A DNA stretch of 64,000 nt. Origin: Verrucomicrobiota bacterium (GTDB lineage: Bacteria > Verrucomicrobiota > Verrucomicrobiia > Chthoniobacterales > UBA10450). The notes under the pieces were generated by a model, which ran no database searches, had not been told where the DNA came from, and saw only the letters and a program-made list of their open reading frames with translations. The position numbers and the translations under genes are program-made. Shown here piece after piece: positions 57,138 through 64,000 of this stretch; position 1 is the first letter of the stretch, and each line of letters starts with the position of its first letter. The stretch spans positions 10,699-74,698 of the forward strand of contig JBEEHU010000004.1 in NCBI GenBank assembly GCA_041167565.1. The letters run 5' to 3'.

Positions 57138-58117
57138 AATTTAACCGCTCCTCTACCGATTCCAAGGCTGGCTTTACCTTTGCCGAAATGGGTGTTGCCG
57201 TGGGCGTGCTTGGACTTCTCGGCCTTGTATTTTTCCAGGTTCTTCAGTCGGGACTTACCCTATCGGCTAAGAATACCGCGGTAAACGCTGCGCACGAAGA
57301 GGCTCGCCAGGGGGTTTTGAGATTAACGCGTGATATTCACGCCTCGGTCTCTGTCCCCCAGCTGCGGGATACAAGCTTCAACGTGGTCGATTCCACGCTC
57401 AGTCCAAGCGCCTCCCCGAGCGCAACACCGCCTACCGCTGCCGGTATCTCATTCCAGAATGTCGTCCCGGGTTGCCCGGACTATGTGTGGCAGGATCCTG
57501 GTAATGCGACTCTGATTATGATTAAGGACGGCGCCGGGGCCCCGAGCCCGGGCATGCGACTGGTCATCCCGGCCTGGGGTATCGAGGACGACATTCAGAG
57601 AGTATCAGCCGCTGGCAGCACCAGTCACTCAAACGTCTTCACGGTCCACGCTCTGGAGACAAACATGAAAAACCCGAAGACTTTCGGCGGCACAAGCTAC
57701 GCCATCACCTACTACACGAATCGCGTCATGTATATGGTTCAGAATGGGCAATACGTAGCCGACTCGAAAGGAGACTTGACCCTTGCCGGCGGTGTTTACA
57801 GCCAGGTGACTCCAGGCACAGGACAATACCGTTATGAAGGTGGCGAACTCCACTATTACCAGCAACGCTCTACTTCCGGTAACCCATCCGTCGCCGGCAC
57901 GCTTTACTGGAAGGACACTGCCACGGTAGCACGCTATCTGAGTAGCCCGAAGCCGTTTTCGGTTCCATTGAATCGCTATGGAGGACCCGATAATAAGTAT
58001 ATCCAGGTCCAGCTCAGCGCACGCGAACCGAAGTCGACCAACCGTGGCTACATCGCGACCGCATCACTCCTCGACACCAAGATCGATTACCGCTCGCGCC
58101 TGACCATTTTCCAATGA
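57134..58117 (+). CDS. prepilin-type N-terminal domain protein (PilW-like size)
   Basis: ...SKAG|FTFAEMGVAVGVLGLLGLVFF (Glu +5). ATGA overlap with the upstream gene. Confidence 0.7.
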   Translation: MKFNRSSTDSKAGFTFAEMGVAVGVLGLLGLVFFQVLQSGLTLSAKNTAVNAAHEEARQGVLRLTRDIHASVSVPQLRDTSFNVVDSTLSPSASPSATPPTAAGISFQNVVPGCPDYVWQDPGNATLIMIKDGAGAPSPGMRLVIPAWGIEDDIQRVSAAGSTSHSNVFTVHALETNMKNPKTFGGTSYAITYYTNRVMYMVQNGQYVADSKGDLTLAGGVYSQVTPGTGQYRYEGGELHYYQQRSTSGNPSVAGTLYWKDTATVARYLSSPKPFSVPLNRYGGPDNKYIQVQLSAREPKSTNRGYIATASLLDTKIDYRSRLTIFQ

Positions 58118-60330
58118 AACGACAAACCTCAAACGAAAAAGGCAGCACTCTCGTCGTCACCATCATCGTGGTTGCTACGCTGCTGGTGTTACTCGGCGTG
58201 GCTGTAGATTACAGCACTCAGGTATCGCGCAATACCCAGCGCAACCGGAAGACCGCTCTGGCGATGGAGATTGCAGATGGGCACCTGGAATCGCTCTACA
58301 CGAACTGGCGAAATATTTATCGCAGCACCTGGGTGACCTACGGCCTGAATACAGGCGGCAGTGACTACTCGGTCTGCGGAACAAACTTTTTCGCCACTAC
58401 GGCTGCCACGCCAAGTGTCCTCGCCACCCCCCTCCCGGGGATGAACCCGGCGACGACCCCTCCGGTCATCCCAACACCCTCTCCTTCGAACTTCGGCCCG
58501 AACGCGGACTACCAGGTTACCCAATACCGTATCCAGGCGGTAGATCCGATGATTAACCTCGATGCCAGCGGGAACGCGATGGTGGAAAGCGGCTCGAAGG
58601 GTGGCGGCAATCTCGTCGCCCTGGCTCCTAATGTACAACCGCCCGGGGCCTACGGGCCAAACTTGGGGCCTTACGGCTACTACTACCCATACAGCTACTA
58701 TTACCTGGCGGCAGCCGACGTGACCGTGCCCACGACAACCGGCACTGTTACCGCCAAGGTACGACGGGTGTTCGAGAAAAAATTCGATCTTCCCTGGACC
58801 TACGCGCTGTTTTTTGTGGATGACCTCGAATTCCAGCCTAGCTCTACCTTTACTGTAACAGGCCCGATCCACACCAACGGCAGTCTCTATATTGGGAGCA
58901 ATAACTTCACGATCGCCTCTCCCACTTACGCCGCCCCCACTCCGAACCCGACCTCCGGGAGAATCGAGTATGGAGGAGATTATGTGAACGGCTATCATCC
59001 AAAGGATCCTCGATACCCGGGATCAGGTTTCACCACACCATCATTTGCAAAAAGTGATTCCACCCTCACGCTATCGGATTGTCCCCCGTCGCAGGTCTCA
59101 CCCTACCTGCCCTTCGGATGGAATCTCACGCTCAACTCGGGCGATGTGAGCGCCAATAATGATGGGTACCGCGAGATAATCGAGCCGCCGAAGAACTACC
59201 CGATCCCGCCCTCCACCGATGTCGACCCCCTGGCGAATATTCGTTACTACAATCAGGCCGGAATCAAGGTGATAATCAATTCGACCGCGGCTACGACGGG
59301 CGCTGCCACCAACACGATCAGAGTGTTCCGCCCGGATGCCACCTACCCTCTCGACGCCTCGAAAATCGTGGAGTGCACCTCGGGGTCTTCTGGCAATGAT
59401 AAAAACATCTATGACCTCATCATCAGCGCGGTGAAGACGAACATGGCCCTGTATGATGCCAGAGAGGTTGTTAACGTTCGAATCACTGAGCTCGATGTCA
59501 GTAAGATCGCAGCGGCCTGCACTCACGGTGGCTCGGGTAAAATCAGCGGCTTTAACGGAGTGCTTTACATTTCGGATATGACGCCGGCCTACGATAATAG
59601 CTCCCCTCCGATCCGCCAGGTGATTAGCAGCCCGCAGGCGCGCCTCGGCAGCACGGATGGCACCAGCGGCGGTACCCTCGTGAGCACGAGCGAGCGCGCC
59701 ATCCGGCTGGTCAATGGATGGTCGCTGCCCCTTGCTAATGCGCAAGACTCAAATGTTGGCGGATTGACCGTGGTGTCGATCAATCCTGTCTATATTAAAG
59801 GCAACTATAATACGGCCGCGGCAGCTTCCCCGGCGCCCACGCCGCCTTCTAACGTAACCGTCACGAGTGCTCCCGTTGCCGGCAGCTACGTGCGGTTGCC
59901 CTCCGCGGTGGTGGCCGATGCGATCAACGTTCTCTCCGGCAACTGGACCGATGCCAATTCTACTTCGTCGATTACCAGCGGTGGTTATAATGTCGCCAAT
60001 CCCCGCTCCGCGATCAACACAACGATCAACACGGCGTTGGTAAGCGGGATCGTTCCGAGCGGAAATGGGAACTACAGTGGTGGCGGTGAAGGCTTCATCC
60101 GAATGCAGGAGGACTGGCGCACGCAGAACTTTGTCTATTACGGGTCGATGAGCCAGCTCTTCAAGAGCGCCCAGGGGAACACGGGCGGCTCAGCCAGTGG
60201 CAATTGGTTTAAAAACCCGAACGCGAACCGTTGGTTTTACGATTACGCAACCTTTAGCGATGGCGCGCCTCCTGGCAATCTCCTCATCGCGGCCTACCTC
60301 CAGCAACAGCGCTGGTACCAGGTGTATTAA
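58114..60330 (+). CDS. large PilX_N-type pilus-associated protein (738 aa)
   Basis: MKRQTSNEKGSTLVVTIIVVATLLVLLGVAVDYSTQVSRNTQRNRKTA resembles the PilX N-terminal domain. The long C-terminal domain is Thr/Ser/Pro/Tyr-rich. ATGA overlap with the upstream gene. Confidence 0.65.
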   Translation: MKRQTSNEKGSTLVVTIIVVATLLVLLGVAVDYSTQVSRNTQRNRKTALAMEIADGHLESLYTNWRNIYRSTWVTYGLNTGGSDYSVCGTNFFATTAATPSVLATPLPGMNPATTPPVIPTPSPSNFGPNADYQVTQYRIQAVDPMINLDASGNAMVESGSKGGGNLVALAPNVQPPGAYGPNLGPYGYYYPYSYYYLAAADVTVPTTTGTVTAKVRRVFEKKFDLPWTYALFFVDDLEFQPSSTFTVTGPIHTNGSLYIGSNNFTIASPTYAAPTPNPTSGRIEYGGDYVNGYHPKDPRYPGSGFTTPSFAKSDSTLTLSDCPPSQVSPYLPFGWNLTLNSGDVSANNDGYREIIEPPKNYPIPPSTDVDPLANIRYYNQAGIKVIINSTAATTGAATNTIRVFRPDATYPLDASKIVECTSGSSGNDKNIYDLIISAVKTNMALYDAREVVNVRITELDVSKIAAACTHGGSGKISGFNGVLYISDMTPAYDNSSPPIRQVISSPQARLGSTDGTSGGTLVSTSERAIRLVNGWSLPLANAQDSNVGGLTVVSINPVYIKGNYNTAAAASPAPTPPSNVTVTSAPVAGSYVRLPSAVVADAINVLSGNWTDANSTSSITSGGYNVANPRSAINTTINTALVSGIVPSGNGNYSGGGEGFIRMQEDWRTQNFVYYGSMSQLFKSAQGNTGGSASGNWFKNPNANRWFYDYATFSDGAPPGNLLIAAYLQQQRWYQVY

Positions 60331-60347
60331 GTCTGCTTCTCGCGACC

Positions 60348-60956
60348 ATGTCTCCTAAAGCGATTCTTCCATTACTGTTCTGCATCCTTCTTAGCCAGGC
60401 TTATGCCGGGCTGGATTTGACGCCGCGCTCAAAAGAGTATGTCGAAGAGGGGGTGACCTATCGGCAGGTCAATTTTAAGAATGGCGATGGCAGCGTCACG
60501 TTTTTTCCGCCGGCAGGCTGGACTATGCGGAGCCAGGGGAATCGGCTTCAACTAAATCCGGAGAAGAATCTGGTGGAAGCGGTCGTGGAGGCAACGCCGC
60601 TGCCCGCCCCAAAACCTCTCGATGAAGCGGCCATGGCTGCATTCAAAGAAAAGATCCTGGCAACGCTGCCCGGCGGAAGCACTGCAGTCACAACTGTTTT
60701 CGAGGCGCAAAACACGATCATGCCCGGCGGACATTCCACTTTCGAGGTAATGGTTTCCTACCAGCTGTGGGGCAAGACATTCCAGCGGACCGCCCTTCTG
60801 GTAAATTGCCCGCAGGACCGCCTGATTTTTCGATTCACTTCACCCAACGAGGACTTCGCTCAATTCAACACCGTCTTCCGTCGGAGCATTGCTTCCTGGG
60901 AGTGGATCGAGCCGCGCCCCGCCCCGGGCGCCGGACCCGTTACGGCCTCGAATTAG
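60348..60956 (+). CDS. secreted protein, last gene of the pilin-like cassette
   Basis: Signal peptide MSPKAILPLLFCILLSQAYA. The FFPPAGWTM motif recalls the 33314 and 33969 proteins. Confidence 0.6.
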   Translation: MSPKAILPLLFCILLSQAYAGLDLTPRSKEYVEEGVTYRQVNFKNGDGSVTFFPPAGWTMRSQGNRLQLNPEKNLVEAVVEATPLPAPKPLDEAAMAAFKEKILATLPGGSTAVTTVFEAQNTIMPGGHSTFEVMVSYQLWGKTFQRTALLVNCPQDRLIFRFTSPNEDFAQFNTVFRRSIASWEWIEPRPAPGAGPVTASN

Positions 60957-61003
60957 TCAGCAGCTTCGAAGAAGATGCACCTGGTCGTATCCCGTGGCGT
61001 TAC

Positions 61004-61390
61004 TCAGTCTGTAGCATTGCGTTCTGCCAGCAATCTCGCGATGGAATCCTGAATGTCCGCGATGCAAACCGGCTTTTTCAGGTAGGCGTCACCGCAGGCG
61101 TTGAGCGCGCTTTGGTGGTCGGCTTCATCGCCGTACGCGGAATAATAGAGGATCGGCGTGGTTGGATGCAGCGCTCGTAGTTTCTGGCACAGCTCAACGC
61201 CGGTGCCATCGGGGAGGCGCACATCCAGGATGTAAAGATCGAAGCGAATTTCTTTGGCCAGTTCGAGTCCTTCCGCCACGCTGCCGGCGGTGAGGACGCC
61301 GTAACCGCAATCTTGCAGCAATGCGGCCATCATCAGCCTGGTGTCCTGATGATCGTCCACGTGAAGAATGCGAGCTTTTGTGCGTTCCAT
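61004..61390 (-). CDS. single-domain response regulator (receiver only)
   Basis: ILHVDDHQD..., phospho-acceptor-like LYILDVRLPDGTG, and YLKKP. Confidence 0.8.
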   Translation of the reverse strand: MERTKARILHVDDHQDTRLMMAALLQDCGYGVLTAGSVAEGLELAKEIRFDLYILDVRLPDGTGVELCQKLRALHPTTPILYYSAYGDEADHQSALNACGDAYLKKPVCIADIQDSIARLLAERNATD

Positions 61391-61594
61391 GCCGGGCCCT
61401 GCTCAAATCCGAATAATGAATGTAACAGAGGCAGCCCGCATATGCGACCGTTTCTCTCTTCTCTTGCGCCCCCAGTTTCTCACGGGGCCCCGCCCGCTTT
61501 GTTATCCCGGATTTATTATTGACACATTCCTGCCTTGGAAGAAGTAACGCCCGTAGTGTAACGTTCCCATTCGCCGAATGAAGCGTACCGACCC

Positions 61595-61984
61595 ATGATC
61601 GTGCCCCCGCAGCCGCTCCGTGTGCTTTGTGCGGACGATAACGTTCTTGTCCTGGATATGCTTTCGAAGACTTTGCAATCGGCGGGTCATCACGTGGAAG
61701 TGGCGACCGATGGACGCGCCGCGGCGTCGAGAGTCGCCGAAGATCCGAGCTTCTTTCAGCTGATCGTGACCGACACGCGAATGCCTCGATTAGACGGGTT
61801 TGGTCTTGTCCGGGAAGCCCGGTCGGCCGGCTTTCAGGGCAAAATCATCGTCTTCGCCAATTCTCTCAGCCCGGAGGACCGCCAGCGTTACACCGAATTG
61901 CGGGTAGATCGGGTGATCGACAAGCCGGGCAAGAGCGGGGAGCTGATTGGCGCCATCAGCGAACTCAAAGCCAGCCTGGTTTAA
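61595..61984 (+). CDS. single-domain response regulator (receiver only)
   Basis: VLCADDNVLVLD..., LIVTDTRMPRLDG, and VIDKP. Confidence 0.8.
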   Translation: MIVPPQPLRVLCADDNVLVLDMLSKTLQSAGHHVEVATDGRAAASRVAEDPSFFQLIVTDTRMPRLDGFGLVREARSAGFQGKIIVFANSLSPEDRQRYTELRVDRVIDKPGKSGELIGAISELKASLV

Positions 61985-62123
61985 TCCCGCCCTTCGCGGC
62001 GGATGGCCGTTTTCAGTGAGTGTTGGAGTGTCGGCGACAGGATTTGGGCAGCGCGCCCTCAATTTTTCTGAACAACGTATAAAGGCGGCAGAGCAAGGGC
62101 GGTGACCGCCTATTTCTCTCAGC

Positions 62124-62139
62124 TGGCCCGGAAGTAGCT
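62124..62139 (+). promoter_or_regulatory. candidate sigma-54 (-24/-12) promoter for the PEP-CTERM gene
   Basis: TGGCcCG-gaag-TaGCt versus TGGCACG-N4-TTGCW (2 mismatches). It ends only 16 nt before ATG 62155, which would give a very short leader. Confidence 0.3.
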
Positions 62140-62154
62140 TTATGGAAATTATAG

Positions 62155-62934
62155 ATGCGCATTTCCCGGTTCATGATCTGTCTGGTTTTCTTCGCCCTGT
62201 TGCTGGCGGGGTGGTCCGCCACCGCGAAGGCTGTCGTTTTGGATTGGGATACGGTTACTTGGAACCCGGGTTCGCTCAGCAATTCCTACGATCTCAATGG
62301 CGACAGCATCAATGACATTACCGTTACGCTTACGGCCCAGAATGCCAACGTCTGGACCAACGACCCGGTGTCGGGCGACATGACCCCGGCGGTCAACCAA
62401 TCGATCACCGGCGGCGTTTCGGGGAACTCATTGATCCTGGCGGCGAACCTGCACACGAACAGCAGGGTCACGCTTCAACTCAGTTTTACCGGTGTGAACT
62501 ACGGCGCGACCAATGTTTCCTTCACGATTTTCGATATCGACGTCACCACAAACAGCGACATCATCAACAACATTTATGGCGTAGCTCTCGATGGAACTCA
62601 TGTCGCCGCGACCATCACCAATATCGGCTCCAATATCACGCCGTCGGGCACTATGTTGAATCAGGTGCTGAGCGGCAATGCAGCTTCGCCCAACAATTCC
62701 TCCAACGGCAACGCTACGATCGGCTTTGGTGCTACCATTATTACCGACGTGTTTTTCACATTTGGCAACAACGCCGGGGCTCCCTTTTACCAGGACATCG
62801 CCATCGGCGATGTCTCCTTCACGCCGGTTCCGGAGATCAACCCGGCCATCTCCGCTTCAGTGAGCTGCCTTATCGCGATCGGGCTCACCGTTTTCGTGCA
62901 ACGCCGCGCCAGGATGCGGCGGAACGCGCGCTAG
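62155..62934 (+). CDS. PEP-CTERM sorting-domain secreted protein
   Basis: Signal peptide MRISRFMICLVFFALLLAGWSATAKA. C-terminus SFTPVPEINPAISASVSCLIAIGLTVFVQRRARMRRNAR (VPE motif + TM helix + Arg cluster). Confidence 0.75.
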   Translation: MRISRFMICLVFFALLLAGWSATAKAVVLDWDTVTWNPGSLSNSYDLNGDSINDITVTLTAQNANVWTNDPVSGDMTPAVNQSITGGVSGNSLILAANLHTNSRVTLQLSFTGVNYGATNVSFTIFDIDVTTNSDIINNIYGVALDGTHVAATITNIGSNITPSGTMLNQVLSGNAASPNNSSNGNATIGFGATIITDVFFTFGNNAGAPFYQDIAIGDVSFTPVPEINPAISASVSCLIAIGLTVFVQRRARMRRNAR

Positions 62935-64000
62935 GCGACGGCAGTTTCGCGCACCGCCTTAGCCGGCGAAAGTTCGCGCAACCGCGCGATCACCGCAGGG
63001 ACGATTTCCAAAGCGCGGTCCACGTCCGCCTCGGTATTGAAGCGGCCGAAGGAAAAACGCATGCTCCCGCGCGCGAGGTCATCGTTCACTTTCATCGCGC
63101 GCAGGACGTGTGATGACTCGATCGCCCCCGTGCGACAAGCCGAGCCAGCGGAGCAACAAAGGTGATGGCGATCCAGCATCATCAGCGCCGCGCCGGAGTC
63201 AACGCCGGCAAAGGAAAGGTTCGAAGTATTCGGCAGGCGCGCCTTTGAATCCCCGTTTACAAACGTGTTCGGCACTTTCTCGAGCATGGCCGTTTCAAAT
63301 CGATCGCGCATGACCCGGACGCGTGTCCCTTCTTCCGCGAGAGCCGCCCCGGCGCATTCCGCCGCTTTCCCCAATGCCACGATGGAAGCGGCGTTTTCCG
63401 TCCCGGCGCGCCGATTGTTTTCCTGGCTGCCGCCAATGAGAGATGGCTTGAACACCGATCGCTTGTTCACGTAAAGCGCGCCGACGCCTTTCGGTCCGTG
63501 CAGCTTGTGGGCGGAGAGCGAAAGGGAATTGATCGTCGAATTCGCAAGTTGGATCGGAATTTTTCCCACCGTCTGGATCGCATCGGTATGAAACAGGACC
63601 CGTTTTCTTCGCGCGATTTCCGCTATTTTCTCCACCGGAAAGAGGACGCCGGTTTCGTTGTTCGCCCACATCACTGAGACGATCGCGGTCTGCGGCGTGA
63701 TCGCGTTTTCCAGTTCTTCCAGATCGAGATTTCCCTCGCCATCGACGCCGATCACCGTGAGCGAGCAAACTTTTTTCGAGAGCGCTTCGCAATGCCGCCA
63801 CGTCGCGCTGTGCTCCACGGCGGTGGTAACGACGTGCTGTCGGGCCGGATCGAGTTGCAGCGCGGAATTGACCGCGGCGTTGTTCGATTCCGTGCCGCAA
63901 CTGGTGAACACAATTTCCGCCGGCTCGCACCCGAGCAGCGCGGCCACGCGTTCCCGGGCCAGATTGATCGCACGCCGCACCTGTGCGCCGAACCCATAGC
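62931..64000 (-). CDS. cysteine desulfurase (NifS/IscS family), 5' end outside the window
   Basis: SLSAHKLHGPKGVGALYV (PLP Lys) and HLCCSAGSACRTG (catalytic Cys loop). The frame stays open to position 64000 (..YGFGAQVRRAINLARE). Confidence 0.85.
   Translation of the reverse strand, partial: YGFGAQVRRAINLARERVAALLGCEPAEIVFTSCGTESNNAAVNSALQLDPARQHVVTTAVEHSATWRHCEALSKKVCSLTVIGVDGEGNLDLEELENAITPQTAIVSVMWANNETGVLFPVEKIAEIARRKRVLFHTDAIQTVGKIPIQLANSTINSLSLSAHKLHGPKGVGALYVNKRSVFKPSLIGGSQENNRRAGTENAASIVALGKAAECAGAALAEEGTRVRVMRDRFETAMLEKVPNTFVNGDSKARLPNTSNLSFAGVDSGAALMMLDRHHLCCSAGSACRTGAIESSHVLRAMKVNDDLARGSMRFSFGRFNTEADVDRALEIVPAVIARLRELSPAKAVRETAVA

Noticed and set aside
1-64000. Search for tRNA, rRNA, tmRNA, CRISPR, transposase or integrase genes
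   Set aside because: All intergenic gaps longer than 100 bp were read by eye. None shows tRNA-like T-arm or acceptor features or rRNA-like sequence. No ORF shows DDE, tyrosine or serine recombinase motifs. Without tools, a small ncRNA cannot be excluded.

Overview
GC-rich bacterial chromosomal segment. I infer a soil Verrucomicrobiota (Chthoniobacter/Spartobacteria-like) origin from a PEP-CTERM tail, a prepilin-type cassette, a giant beta-helix/Ig surface protein and word-like intergenic hairpins. I recognised no rRNA, tRNA, CRISPR array, transposase, integrase or phage structural module. Layout: (1) 0.1-30.4 kb is a very large glycan biosynthesis and decoration locus. It holds 5 SAM methyltransferases, 2 PhyH-type oxygenases, a WbqC/ACP/SDR/AMP-ligase/NeuD-type N-acylation module, 2 DegT aminotransferases, 2 SDR epimerase/dehydratases, a GT2 plus a 1031-aa YfhO-like membrane protein, a complete GDP-D-glycero-D-manno-heptose pathway (gmhA, hddA, gmhB, hddC) with a transaldolase, an aldolase/SDR fusion and a second SIS isomerase. 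(2) 30.4-35.1 kb is an islet of small membrane and secreted proteins, including two tandem paralog pairs and an orphan YidD-like gene. (3) 35.3-38.3 kb is my top candidate for an undescribed system: three translationally coupled phage tail-collar (MdpB-like) paralogs, a GNAT and a small convergent ORF, with no phage context and embedded in unusual repeat architecture. (4) 38.4-53.6 kb holds a Tat-signal protein and a 4,699-aa secreted protein with an embedded metzincin-like HExxH module and 16 x 312-bp tandem repeats showing a 936-bp higher-order period. (5) 53.7-64 kb holds a membrane protein, a PLD/cardiolipin synthase, a four-gene prepilin-like cassette, two divergent orphan receiver proteins, a PEP-CTERM protein and a partial NifS/IscS gene. 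All family names come from motif recognition by eye. No database or HMM search was run, and start codons were chosen manually from the ORF track and the sequence.
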